From a virus, in IMG/VR virus record IMGVR_UViG_3300002038_000006, positions 154,100 through 218,099 of that record: DNA of 64,000 bases; one strand, 5' to 3'. Shown here piece by piece: positions 26,944-36,397 of this stretch (position 1 is the first letter of the stretch; each line of letters opens with the position of its first letter). Made by a program: the position numbers and the translations under genes. Below the pieces are notes generated by a model, which was not told the origin of the DNA, did no database searches, and was given only the letters and a program-made list of their open reading frames with translations.

Positions 26944-27174
26944 TTAGGCAGCTTTTGGAAACTCTTCGTTTAATAGAGGTATTAGTTCACCCCATGAAGT
27001 CTCTTTTAGCCTGTGGAGAGCTAGTTTATCTATCCCTCTTGCACCATCCTCAAGTAATCTAATGTTGTTCTTGGTACGGTTTATTTTTAGGACATCATCT
27101 AAAGTGTTAGCAAACAATTGGAACTCAGTGAATTCACGAGAGCCAGAGATTACTATGTTAAAGGTGTCGTCCAT
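26944..27174 (-). CDS. Short YspA/SLOG (DUF2493)-like protein, probably truncated
   Basis: IVISGSREF...DGARGIDKLA signature; the usual C-terminal half is missing. Confidence 0.5.
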   Translation of the reverse strand: MDDTFNIVISGSREFTEFQLFANTLDDVLKINRTKNNIRLLEDGARGIDKLALHRLKETSWGELIPLLNEEFPKAA

Positions 27175-27187
27175 AACCGTTCCTTTA

Positions 27188-27484
27188 TTAATTAAGATTA
27201 TCTACTAAAAATGGTAGTACATGGTTAGTTAGATTCAAACGCCAGAATTCAATATTATCGTAATCATCCAACATGATACGAATTTCCATAGTGTTTACAG
27301 AAAGATTCGCAAGAGTTGCACGTAACGAGCGATTAAGTGCTTTACGGAAATCGTCAATACTTTGGGCACTTTGACCACAAGCATTGATTGTCTGTCCAAG
27401 CGTCGGTAGTAGCGAGGGACACGATGACTGCATCTGTCCGATTAGTCGCTGACTATACTCCGAAGCACATGACTCTTTTTGCAT
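27188..27484 (-). CDS. Hypothetical protein
   Basis: GAGG RBS; promoter-like motif upstream. Confidence 0.65.
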   Translation of the reverse strand: MQKESCASEYSQRLIGQMQSSCPSLLPTLGQTINACGQSAQSIDDFRKALNRSLRATLANLSVNTMEIRIMLDDYDNIEFWRLNLTNHVLPFLVDNLN

Positions 27485-27521
27485 TTATTTTTTCCTCAGG
27501 TATTTTAATATAATTACACCA

Positions 27522-27549
27522 CTATATAAATGGAGTGTTCAGTAATTTA
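27522..27549 (-). promoter_or_regulatory. Putative middle-type promoter, AAATTAC-N15-TATAG
   Basis: Recurring fixed-spacing motif. Confidence 0.5.
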
Positions 27550-27993
27550 TCCAACAACAATTCCATCGTTGAGTATTATGTTTCTATACTTAGGGAGAAC
27601 CATGGTACGCCTGAGTAGGAACAACAACATGTAACAATCGTACCTCTTAGAAAGTCCCATGTGGAACGTATCTTTAAATACTTTCAGTTCGTATTCAGTT
27701 AGGGTATCGACGAATGGTTTATATAGACAGAAGCATAGTGTTTGGAGATGTGGGAACTGTGTAGCGAATTCATCATCGAACCATGCGGTGGTGACATCTA
27801 TCTCGTCCCTTAGTGGGTGCAGGCAGAAATCATTTAACTGTTCAAGATAACCATCGGTACGGTCTTTGTTCTTCACAGCATTAACGCCAACCATTACACC
27901 TTTAAAAGATGCGACTAGTGGGACAAACTTTTCGAACAAGTCAAATACATTAGGGTTCTTATTGACCTTTGGTTTTTTATTTAACCAAGACAT
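27547..27993 (-). CDS. Hypothetical protein
   Basis: GGAG RBS; 148 aa. Confidence 0.65.
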   Translation of the reverse strand: MSWLNKKPKVNKNPNVFDLFEKFVPLVASFKGVMVGVNAVKNKDRTDGYLEQLNDFCLHPLRDEIDVTTAWFDDEFATQFPHLQTLCFCLYKPFVDTLTEYELKVFKDTFHMGLSKRYDCYMLLFLLRRTMVLPKYRNIILNDGIVVG

Positions 27994-28007
27994 TTTTCTT
28001 TCTCCGA

Positions 28008-28036
28008 TAAAAAAATAAAGGAGTCCGAAGACTCCT
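28008..28036 (-). terminator. Intrinsic terminator
   Basis: AGGAGTC-TTCG-GACTCCT plus U-rich tail downstream of uvsX. Confidence 0.75.
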
Positions 28037-28056
28037 CATTTATACTTGTCTAATGG

Positions 28057-29496
28057 TTACGATGGTTTCTTTACTGGGTCTAACCAGTAAGGATGATACT
28101 CATCATTAGCCATCTTTAACAAGTCCATGGTAGACAGGTAGTTAAGCGGGTCTGTAGAGCCCTCAAATACCCAGTAACCACGAGTGTTTAATAACACCGA
28201 CCAATCATACCCTTTTTCCTTAAGGCGCGTGTAGAGCTCCTCAGGCGTTATACGGTACTGGTCTGGTAACTTGTCACCTTTCCAGATTAATTGCATCTGA
28301 CACATTTCAGAAGTAATTTCCATTGCACGCTGCATTAGGTAGCTACCATCGGCAACACCACGAACAGTTGTACGTGTCAATTTAACATCTGGTAATAGGT
28401 CAAGCATGTAGCCACGGTCATTACCATGAATACCGAAACCCATTGGGTAACTGTTGTTAGAAACTTTCTTATTGTTACGCAAGTAAGTTAATTCAGTAAG
28501 AGTCGGCAGTAGACCTTCTGTTTGCGATACCACAATCTGGAATGGAATACCAGACGGGCCAGACTTAGCACGTAAGTTCTGAACCTGAATGATTTGTAAA
28601 TCTTGGTCCATTGGATTACGGTCATTTGCGTCCTTAGGGAAGTAAGGAGTTTTGTCGGCTTGGTTGTGATGTGCTTTAGCACCTGAACAGTAATACAAGT
28701 TGTTAGTAAGGAACGTGAAGTTCTCTGGTACTTTCTTAAACTTGATTTTCTGTTTCATTGCTGCAAGTTTCTTTTGCGGCGGAGCCATTGGGTCTAACGC
28801 TAAGTCATCGCCCATGTGTGCTACTACAGTTGTATAGATTTGACCTTTAGAGGCAACGCTTGGCATCTGACCTAACATACGTGACTTAATCAAGTTATCA
28901 CGTAGAGCAATAGTGTTCTGGTCTTTAGAATCTACTTCTGCTTTTTCATTTACGGTTTCAGTTGCATCGAACTGCATCTGAGACATTGAATCCAGCAATA
29001 GTAGGCTTGGTGCGATAATAGAGATTTGATGCCCGTCTACAAAGAACGGAGTCTTTAACTCAGCCTTTGCCCCCATCTTAGCTTTCTTATCTGCAAAGCC
29101 ACGAACCATTTCCCAGTAGTCGTTAGCCATGGTAGTACCGTCAGATAGGATACAACGTCCCTCTGCGAATAAGTCAAGGCCACCGATGTTGTGCATACGG
29201 GATGCTAATGAGTTAGTACGTGCTGGAGTTTTTGAATACTCTGAATCGTACGCCATTTCATTTACTTGTTCGTAGCGGTTAACTACTGTTAGGTTAAGCC
29301 AATCCGATAGTGTTGACTTGTACGAGTTACCTCGCCCACATGTACCAGTAATCTGTTGCAGTCCACCGTTTAAGATAGCCTCTCCGTTCTTACCAGTGTA
29401 ATAAGTACCGATAGGAATATCGAAGAGACAACCAACGTTCATTGCTGGTCGCAAACTTGGTACTTGTGGGAATAATTCTTCAGCTCCGAAATTCAT
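28057..29496 (-). CDS. uvsX: UvsX/RecA-family recombinase (phiKZ gp152-like)
   Basis: Walker A-like GRGNSYKST, YDSE, Walker B LLLLDS; synteny with RNase H. Confidence 0.78.
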   Translation of the reverse strand: MNFGAEELFPQVPSLRPAMNVGCLFDIPIGTYYTGKNGEAILNGGLQQITGTCGRGNSYKSTLSDWLNLTVVNRYEQVNEMAYDSEYSKTPARTNSLASRMHNIGGLDLFAEGRCILSDGTTMANDYWEMVRGFADKKAKMGAKAELKTPFFVDGHQISIIAPSLLLLDSMSQMQFDATETVNEKAEVDSKDQNTIALRDNLIKSRMLGQMPSVASKGQIYTTVVAHMGDDLALDPMAPPQKKLAAMKQKIKFKKVPENFTFLTNNLYYCSGAKAHHNQADKTPYFPKDANDRNPMDQDLQIIQVQNLRAKSGPSGIPFQIVVSQTEGLLPTLTELTYLRNNKKVSNNSYPMGFGIHGNDRGYMLDLLPDVKLTRTTVRGVADGSYLMQRAMEITSEMCQMQLIWKGDKLPDQYRITPEELYTRLKEKGYDWSVLLNTRGYWVFEGSTDPLNYLSTMDLLKMANDEYHPYWLDPVKKPS

Positions 29497-29540
29497 CTGC
29501 TGTTCCTTTTAACTTCAAAAATATTTGGTTATGGTTTAGA

Positions 29541-29568
29541 CATAAGTAGTGGTACTTACGTAATTTTT
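29541..29568 (-). promoter_or_regulatory. Putative middle-type promoter, AAAAATTAC-N15-TATG
   Basis: Recurring motif upstream of uvsX. Confidence 0.5.
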
Positions 29569-29619
29569 AATAATGGTATGTCTAGACACCATTTCACTTG
29601 CATCTTAAGGAGCTCTAAA

Positions 29620-30429
29620 GTGCATAACTTAAATCAATTATATCAGCGTGCTTCACTTGAAGCCCGTACTGACTCTAAAGACCAGTCAGTATTTGGAGCG
29701 CACCTAGGGCGTTTCATCAAAGGTCTTACAGAATTCACCGATGGTCTTACTGGTAATGGCGTATTCGGTTTTAATCCTGACCTTAAGCGTGTTAGTAGTA
29801 AAGAAGACTACATGGCAGTACGTAACAAGAATGTATATCGTCCTATCCATCTTAAGTCTGGTACTTCTATGGTTGACTTTGTTGAGTTAATCAAAAGTAA
29901 CTTCGAAGCACAAGAAGACCTTGAAAAGCGTGTACTTGCTCCATGGCGTGGTATCCTTGCTAATTTCCTTACTAACCCAGGCGAGTTGGGTAAGATTTAC
30001 GACATTAAAGAATTAACTAAAGGTAAGTTGTTTAAACTATCTCCGTTGGAAGACATGGAGAAAGACTTAAAGAAAGTTTACAATCCTAATTCTTCACAAC
30101 CTACTGAAATGTTCGGTAAGTTGTATCGCAATGCCGCTGAATGGAAAGACACTTGTAACATCACTGCTAAGTTAAATGAAAGAGCCGTTGCTCTTAACTT
30201 CGCGAGTTTGATTGAACAAGCTACTGAATTAAATGAGATGGCTAGTCGCTTAGCTGACAACATCTTTAATAATCCTGAAGAGTACGCTACATCAAAGTCT
30301 GCAATGCAGTTACTTACTGAAGGTAGTTACATCATCGGTAAAGAGTTAGAGTTCCTAGGTGCTACTGGTAGCATGTTAGACGCTATCTCAGGTGCCGTAG
30401 CTTCTACTACTGACGTACTTAAAAAATAG
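29620..30429 (+). CDS. Putative head/inner-body virion protein with propeptide (start revised to GTG 29620)
   Basis: AAGGAG RBS; early ASLE site matches the S/A/G-X-E prohead-protease consensus. Confidence 0.6.
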   Translation: MHNLNQLYQRASLEARTDSKDQSVFGAHLGRFIKGLTEFTDGLTGNGVFGFNPDLKRVSSKEDYMAVRNKNVYRPIHLKSGTSMVDFVELIKSNFEAQEDLEKRVLAPWRGILANFLTNPGELGKIYDIKELTKGKLFKLSPLEDMEKDLKKVYNPNSSQPTEMFGKLYRNAAEWKDTCNITAKLNERAVALNFASLIEQATELNEMASRLADNIFNNPEEYATSKSAMQLLTEGSYIIGKELEFLGATGSMLDAISGAVASTTDVLKK

Positions 30430-30433
30430 TACT

Positions 30434-30477
30434 GACGACAAAGACAAGGGCGGGTCACCCCGCCCTTACTTTTTTTT
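30434..30477. terminator. Bidirectional terminator
   Basis: AAGGGCGGG-TCAC-CCCGCCCTT, T8 on plus, TTTGTCGTC on minus. Confidence 0.8.
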
Positions 30478-30489
30478 GCTTTTGCATTC

Positions 30490-30876
30490 TTAGGCGGTGT
30501 GGCCAAGTGAGAATGAGACTGCATGTTCAACATCTTTCTTCATATCGCTAAAGCGACCGTAACGTAACCAGTTAGGAATATTGTCCATAATTTTGGTTAC
30601 GATAGAATCATGTCCACCATGTAAGTCCAAATCATCTAAACCTTTACCCTTCCAGATATTCTGTCCGATTTCGGATGGAAACTCCAGAGCTCTATCATCG
30701 TGCGATAACCTGCACGCTTTGTTAAGTTCAGAAAGCTTACACTCTCCGCTCTTATCTAGGGTATGTAAATAAGTCGCTGTAGATGCAATAAGTATCATGC
30801 GACGCATTTTCTGGTTTAGAAATAATCCTACCAGACCACCTCCTATACTTCTACCGAAAGTTTTGAATTTGCCCAT
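30490..30876 (-). CDS. Hypothetical protein
   Basis: AAGGA RBS before MGKFKT. Confidence 0.6.
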   Translation of the reverse strand: MGKFKTFGRSIGGGLVGLFLNQKMRRMILIASTATYLHTLDKSGECKLSELNKACRLSHDDRALEFPSEIGQNIWKGKGLDDLDLHGGHDSIVTKIMDNIPNWLRYGRFSDMKKDVEHAVSFSLGHTA

Positions 30877-30889
30877 AATTAATCCTTGA

Positions 30890-32374
30890 TTAAACAAGAC
30901 ACATGTTAGAATAAGTCGAAGCGTAAAGTGCTACATCATCTTCAGTCTCGACCACCACTGCGTACCGGATAGTCTCTTTGGATTCTGGCCAAGTAATAAC
31001 CTTAATGGTTGGTGCCTCTTTGGACAGTGCGTTTAACATGTTCTTAGTAGGGGCATCCATACCAATGGTTAGTACTACGTCTTTTTCACCAGTACGTTTA
31101 CCAGACTTCCAGCCGACAGGAACAGTTATAAACTTAGCATTGTCTAAGATTTCTTTACTTGGGACAAGTTTGATTTTGTCCTTAGAATCCTTATCCTTTA
31201 CATAGAATCTGTCTGTAACATCGGTAGAAACCATTTGCGACCCTTTCTTACTTGTATTGGTCTTAGGGTCTAGGTATTCTTCTAACCGAGTAGTTAGATG
31301 GTCTAGGGTCTCTAATCCGATAAAAGCTAATCCGGGTGGATGTGCTGGCTCAGTCAGTACTTGCTTACCGATAGTAGATAATGTAGGCTGGCGTAAACCA
31401 ACTTCCATATAATCCGTACCGCCGTGGTATATCTCAGGATAGTTCTTAGTGCTTCTAATCGCATCGAATTTACCAAAGACTGGAACAACGTAGTCGTTAG
31501 CTAAGGAATCTTGTTTCTCGCGAATCAATTCCATAACCTTGTCTTCTTCTTTTAGGAAGACTACAGAGTTAGAAGCATCCGATACACGTTTGCCATGTAA
31601 TTCATTTTCACTGTGGATACCTAACATGTAAACGTTGCGACCATCTTTCGATAGTTGTTTACCAGTGTTAGTTGTGAAGTACCACTTCGAATGTGACATT
31701 AAACGATTGTAAGGAGGGGTCTTAGGCTTCTTAGGCTTAACTACCTTAGGCTTATCGTTCTTGTCTAATTGTACTTCCATGATATCTTCATGCACTGGTT
31801 CGTATTTACCCGCCCCAGCTAAAGCACCACCTTTCTTAGCACACTCATCCGCTTTATCGTTACCTACGTTACCTGAGTGACCTTTTACCCAAGTGTAAGT
31901 AATCTTAATATCTTCAGCATTAGTTATCGCTTTATCCAATGCCTGCCATTGAGGAATGTACTTAGGTGCAGTTCCATCACCTTTCTTCCAACCTCTATTC
32001 TTCCATCCAGTAATCCACTTGGTAGCGCCGTTAAGGGCTATCTGAGAATCTGAACGTACTTCTAAATTGTGAATGTTATTATCGATTGCATAGTTGATTG
32101 CGTTTGTGATTGCATATATCTCACCCTCGTTATTATCAGCTCTGCCTTCCAGTCCGCCCCATGATTGCCATTCTTTCAGTTTTACTGGCTCTGCTGGCTT
32201 ACCCTTACTATCTTTAACAACTTCACTTGTAACCTTAAGACCTTTGGTGTCTTTTGGTTTCTCGTAAGGTATTGTTTCAGAATAAGTGTATCCATAGTTA
32301 CCCCAGCCACTCATTGTGCCTGGATTAGGACGAGCCGAGCCATCTGTATAAATTATGGCGCTTAGTTTAGTCAT
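30890..32374 (-). CDS. rnhA: Ribonuclease HI with long C-terminal extension (phiKZ gp155-like)
   Basis: IYTDGSARPNPG, NNEGE, VRSDSQ and WVKGHSGNVGNDKAD motifs. Confidence 0.9.
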   Translation of the reverse strand: MTKLSAIIYTDGSARPNPGTMSGWGNYGYTYSETIPYEKPKDTKGLKVTSEVVKDSKGKPAEPVKLKEWQSWGGLEGRADNNEGEIYAITNAINYAIDNNIHNLEVRSDSQIALNGATKWITGWKNRGWKKGDGTAPKYIPQWQALDKAITNAEDIKITYTWVKGHSGNVGNDKADECAKKGGALAGAGKYEPVHEDIMEVQLDKNDKPKVVKPKKPKTPPYNRLMSHSKWYFTTNTGKQLSKDGRNVYMLGIHSENELHGKRVSDASNSVVFLKEEDKVMELIREKQDSLANDYVVPVFGKFDAIRSTKNYPEIYHGGTDYMEVGLRQPTLSTIGKQVLTEPAHPPGLAFIGLETLDHLTTRLEEYLDPKTNTSKKGSQMVSTDVTDRFYVKDKDSKDKIKLVPSKEILDNAKFITVPVGWKSGKRTGEKDVVLTIGMDAPTKNMLNALSKEAPTIKVITWPESKETIRYAVVVETEDDVALYASTYSNMCLV

Positions 32375-32467
32375 TGTTATCTGGCTCCGTTAAACGTACT
32401 ACTACACATCATAGTGCGGTTAATTATTTTTTGTCTGGGTCATAGAGGCGGGAAACCCCGCCGTCTA

Positions 32468-33067
32468 TTAAGGATTGAGAAGTTTATTCTCTAATGACGA
32501 AACTTTATCATTAAGGAGAGTGTTTCTCTTTTCCAAATCACGAGCTCTGGCGTAATCTGAAGTTCGGTTCTGTACATCGATATCTCTGATTGCATCCAAG
32601 ATTGGAACATCTTCCGAAGATTGACGTCCTATAATTGGAATAGCATGTAGACTAGCTTCTGGTTCACCACCAACTATATCACTTGCTAGATTAGAAATCT
32701 GAGTAAGTAAGTATTGTGGGTCCCAGTGACTACTGATAACACCCAAGTCAACCGACACAACTAAACGCTGTGGGATAGCCTCACCCATGTTAGGGTAAGA
32801 CGTTATATGGCTGTCAGGGATGTATACAGTATTCTCGCCTTCTACTGCAAGAGCAATGATGTTAATACCTTTAGATGCATCATCAAGATACTCTGCTCGG
32901 TCAACACCATTTGCCTCGTACACTTCAGCGTACACGTCCATACCTCTATTCTCACATTCATCGAATGCACGAACGGCTTGACATGTATAGTCTTTATCTT
33001 CAATCAGAACGAATGGAGCTTTAACCGTATATCTACCCGAAGCGTAGATGGTAGGCGTCAGTTGCAT
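32468..33067 (-). CDS. Conserved phiKZ-like hypothetical/virion protein
   Basis: AAGGAG RBS; 199 aa. Confidence 0.65.
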   Translation of the reverse strand: MQLTPTIYASGRYTVKAPFVLIEDKDYTCQAVRAFDECENRGMDVYAEVYEANGVDRAEYLDDASKGINIIALAVEGENTVYIPDSHITSYPNMGEAIPQRLVVSVDLGVISSHWDPQYLLTQISNLASDIVGGEPEASLHAIPIIGRQSSEDVPILDAIRDIDVQNRTSDYARARDLEKRNTLLNDKVSSLENKLLNP

Positions 33068-33077
33068 TGCTTACTCC

Positions 33078-34400
33078 TTATTGAGGGATTTCAGTTTCCG
33101 CTGTTAGTTCAACGTACGAACGCTTAGTAAGAGCATGGAACAAGTAACCGTTAAGGTTGTATGTTATAAACTCTTTATCGTTACGAACTGTTTTACTAAA
33201 ACCTGCTGGTAGAGTGAAGTAATCGTTATACTTCTCTGCATATGTCAGTAGACTATAGATTAATGCCACCACTTCACGTGTAGCTTCATCCATACGGTGG
33301 AAATCTGGTTCAGTTGTCTGTACCAACATGTAGTCTGGGAATAGAACACCAAATGCAGGACTTGGTTTATCATCAGATGGTTCATGTGGAGTAACAGCCA
33401 TTACTATACCTCTCCAAAGAGTAGGTACGTGATTCACTTTCTCTTCGATGTGTAGAGGTGAGAAGTTAGGTGTAAAGTCAAGAGCCAACTGTTTAATCTC
33501 ATCTGGATGCACAGCAGAGCGATAGATGTCATCTTCTAATGGGTCGTACGAATCTAGTGTAGACTCCCAGTAAGGAATCATCACCATTTCGTTTGGACTA
33601 AAAAGCTCAGGTAGAACCTTAGCCCAAGAAGAACGGTCGTAGTTACTTACTGCTAGAATATCTTTAACGATAGACTCACGGATTACATCAACGTTGTCAC
33701 CTGCTTTGCCGTAGATAACTACCGCAAAACTAATAGGTAAGGTAATACTACCATCTGACTTATCTTGCCAAGTGTAATCTTCACCTTTGTTGATTGTAGC
33801 TGGTGCTTCTTTTTCGATAACCATAATCTTGTTAAGTATGGTAGTAGATGTAGAACGTTCTAGTTCACCAACCACATGCGCATAGTCACGATGTAAGTCA
33901 TCTATGTTATCTACAGGGAATACTGTTTCAACGTGGTACTCATCGTACTGTCCACGGAACTCAGCATCACCAAACCATAGTTTCCAACTGCGACCATCGG
34001 AATTGTAACTAACAGATGAAGCGAAGTAGCCATCATTCATTAGTACCAGATTACCTACATTAAACTCACCCGCCATTGCAATAAAGTGACCCGTAATAGA
34101 ATCAATGTATGAGGGGAGGTCTGATGGTGCTAGTCCTAAATCGCCTTGGGTCATTACCCATTGAGCGATAGTTTGCATCTCTGTAAGGTCTTCTTCTGAT
34201 GGCGCTACGTAATCAGTCTGGCCAGATTCGTGAGAAGAAAAAAGGTTTAAAAGAATCTCCGGCTCAGTTGGATTCGGAAACAATTTAATGTCGCGGCTAT
34301 ACGAGCGACCAATTTTGCTTAGCTCCCCTATGGGGGCTGTCGCATTTGATTCATTATTGACATAAGTCGTCTTACTGACGAAAGCCTTAAGTTCTAACAT
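33078..34400 (-). CDS. Virion structural protein (phiKZ gp157-like)
   Basis: N-terminal MLELKAF...N....APIGELS pattern recalled from phiKZ-like virion proteins; synteny. Confidence 0.55.
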   Translation of the reverse strand: MLELKAFVSKTTYVNNESNATAPIGELSKIGRSYSRDIKLFPNPTEPEILLNLFSSHESGQTDYVAPSEEDLTEMQTIAQWVMTQGDLGLAPSDLPSYIDSITGHFIAMAGEFNVGNLVLMNDGYFASSVSYNSDGRSWKLWFGDAEFRGQYDEYHVETVFPVDNIDDLHRDYAHVVGELERSTSTTILNKIMVIEKEAPATINKGEDYTWQDKSDGSITLPISFAVVIYGKAGDNVDVIRESIVKDILAVSNYDRSSWAKVLPELFSPNEMVMIPYWESTLDSYDPLEDDIYRSAVHPDEIKQLALDFTPNFSPLHIEEKVNHVPTLWRGIVMAVTPHEPSDDKPSPAFGVLFPDYMLVQTTEPDFHRMDEATREVVALIYSLLTYAEKYNDYFTLPAGFSKTVRNDKEFITYNLNGYLFHALTKRSYVELTAETEIPQ

Positions 34401-34444
34401 GGACGTGGCTCCAAGATGTTTAAATAATAAGGGAGGTTCTAGGT

Positions 34445-34975
34445 TTGTTTAATATTCTAGAAAAGCTGCTTGTATTCATACTAGAAGGTGCAAAAGCCAC
34501 TCCCGAGGAAGGGGTGGAGGATGCCCCAGTAGCTGGAAAGCGAAAACCAATGGTTGCTGTAGCTGTTGCAATATTGCTAGGTATAGCAGGTGCGATAGCT
34601 TGGTACGATAACTATTATAAAGCTAATAAAGAAATTGTTAAGCTTAAAGAGTCTAACTACCAGAAAACTATTGCAGATTTACAACGTGCAAACTCAACTC
34701 TGAAAGAAGAACGTATTCGTTTAACTGCCAAGGTTGATAACATCAATAGAGAACTTACAGATGCTAAGCGTACTTTAAACGAACTCAAACATGAGTATGA
34801 TGTAGCTACAGGTGAGTTGTCCGATGAACGCGAAATAATCACAAGACAGAAAACAGCGATAGATAGTCAACGACGACACATTGAATCACTTCAACTACAG
34901 TTGGATACCTACGCTAAAGATAACCGTATCATCTGGGATAAGATGGTTACACTTGGACAAGAGGAGGGCTCGTAG
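34445..34975 (+). CDS. Putative inner-membrane spanin (i-spanin/Rz-like)
   Basis: Single TM helix (VAVAVAILLGIAGAIAW) followed by a long coiled coil; abuts a lipoprotein gene. Confidence 0.6.
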   Translation: MFNILEKLLVFILEGAKATPEEGVEDAPVAGKRKPMVAVAVAILLGIAGAIAWYDNYYKANKEIVKLKESNYQKTIADLQRANSTLKEERIRLTAKVDNINRELTDAKRTLNELKHEYDVATGELSDEREIITRQKTAIDSQRRHIESLQLQLDTYAKDNRIIWDKMVTLGQEEGS

Positions 34976-35529
34976 TGCGCCATAATTTCTTAATCCTGTT
35001 AATGTTACTAACGTTGACATCATGTGTGACTACCTACGCCACCAAAGGACAAGACAATACTATCGATAAAGAGTTAGGACAAACATCCTATATTCCTTAT
35101 CAGTACGTACATACCAATCCACCAGATAAGTTATTGCCGCCACCAACGTTTATCCATTCCGAAGCAGGTGAGTACACCTACTATAATGAGAATGAGTTGG
35201 AAGCATACGCTGATTCATTAGTTGAGTACCACAGTTACCTTGAACGCTATATTGGTTCAATGGAAGGTAGTGATGGTAAAACCTTGATTAGTGTAGGCGG
35301 TGAGCGATGCATGATGGAACTGGAATCTATTACCCCAATAGCTGCTCCACCTAGACGTCCTATCCCACCTAACTATAGTAGTGTGGAAAAGGCTGAGGGT
35401 ACAGGGCTAATGGTTAAGTACTTGGGTGAGGTTGACCGATGGATAGAAGACTTGGAAAAACACCATGCCGAGTCGGTCAAGAAGTTCAATGGTAAGATTG
35501 CCAGATTAAAGGTTGCCTGTGCTAAATAG
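34975..35529 (+). CDS. Putative outer-membrane spanin lipoprotein (o-spanin/Rz1-like)
   Basis: Signal peptide with lipobox LTSC; Pro-rich segments; overlaps the upstream stop. Confidence 0.62.
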   Translation: MRHNFLILLMLLTLTSCVTTYATKGQDNTIDKELGQTSYIPYQYVHTNPPDKLLPPPTFIHSEAGEYTYYNENELEAYADSLVEYHSYLERYIGSMEGSDGKTLISVGGERCMMELESITPIAAPPRRPIPPNYSSVEKAEGTGLMVKYLGEVDRWIEDLEKHHAESVKKFNGKIARLKVACAK

Positions 35530-35532
35530 TTA

Positions 35533-35577
35533 AACGACATAGAGGGAGCGCAATGCTCCCTCTACTTTTTTGCCGTT
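35533..35577. terminator. Bidirectional terminator with the TGYCGT motif on both sides
   Basis: TAGAGGGAGC-GCAAT-GCTCCCTCTA. Confidence 0.8.
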
Positions 35578-35581
35578 ACCA

Positions 35582-35911
35582 CTAAACGTTCTTAGTAATG
35601 AACTTAACAAGTTGTGTCTTAGACACTGCACCTACTTTAGTATCTACAACTTCACCATCTTTAAATAGTAACATTGCAGGGATACCACGGATACCGAATT
35701 GAGGGTGGATGTCTTTGTGTTGTTCAACATCTAGTTTACACACTTTAACATCATCACGCTCTTCAGCGATATCGTTAAGTAATGGGGCAATCATTTTACA
35801 AGGACCACACCAAGGTGCCCAGAAATCAACCAGTACTAAACCTTCCGAACCCTTTACTTCAGCATCAAAGTTTTCTTGAGTACCATCTAGGTTGATAATC
35901 TTATCGCTCAT
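35582..35911 (-). CDS. trxA: Thioredoxin
   Basis: VDFWAPWCGPCKMIAP active site; GIRGIP. Confidence 0.95.
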   Translation of the reverse strand: MSDKIINLDGTQENFDAEVKGSEGLVLVDFWAPWCGPCKMIAPLLNDIAEERDDVKVCKLDVEQHKDIHPQFGIRGIPAMLLFKDGEVVDTKVGAVSKTQLVKFITKNV

Positions 35912-36067
35912 TGTTCTCTCCAGTTATTTTACTAGTACTTCACCTAGAGTGGCGAAGTGTCTATCTTTTAATAGTCTACCCAGATGTGAACGTTTAACCG
36001 TTACACGTATACCGGGACTTTCAGGATGGAACAGGTTAATAGGTTTACGTCGAAAGAATTCTAACAT

Positions 36068-36397
36068 TTACTTATTCCCCGTCATCATTGCATTGCTTCT
36101 AAAGGCTAGGTCATTAATGAAACTAGTTGCTACATGTGCAGGTTCCCACACACTACCAATTACATACGACTCAGTCTTCTTATTGGAATCAATAGTTACA
36201 TGAAGCATACAGCGATTACACTTACGTGAAGAACCAGAAGTATACTTAACGTTTTCCCATTCGCCCCATTGATGCCCGTGGTCATAACACGCAGTGATGA
36301 GTTTCTTGTGTGCCTCACCCATACATGTCATTTCAACAGGTCTACTATCTGTTGCTTCTAGAGCTCTCCCGATAGCTTTACTTAATTCGCTTTTCAT
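36068..36397 (-). CDS. Small putative zinc-binding protein
   Basis: C...GH.W...RKCNRC; coupled to the sbcC stop. Confidence 0.6.
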   Translation of the reverse strand: MKSELSKAIGRALEATDSRPVEMTCMGEAHKKLITACYDHGHQWGEWENVKYTSGSSRKCNRCMLHVTIDSNKKTESYVIGSVWEPAHVATSFINDLAFRSNAMMTGNK

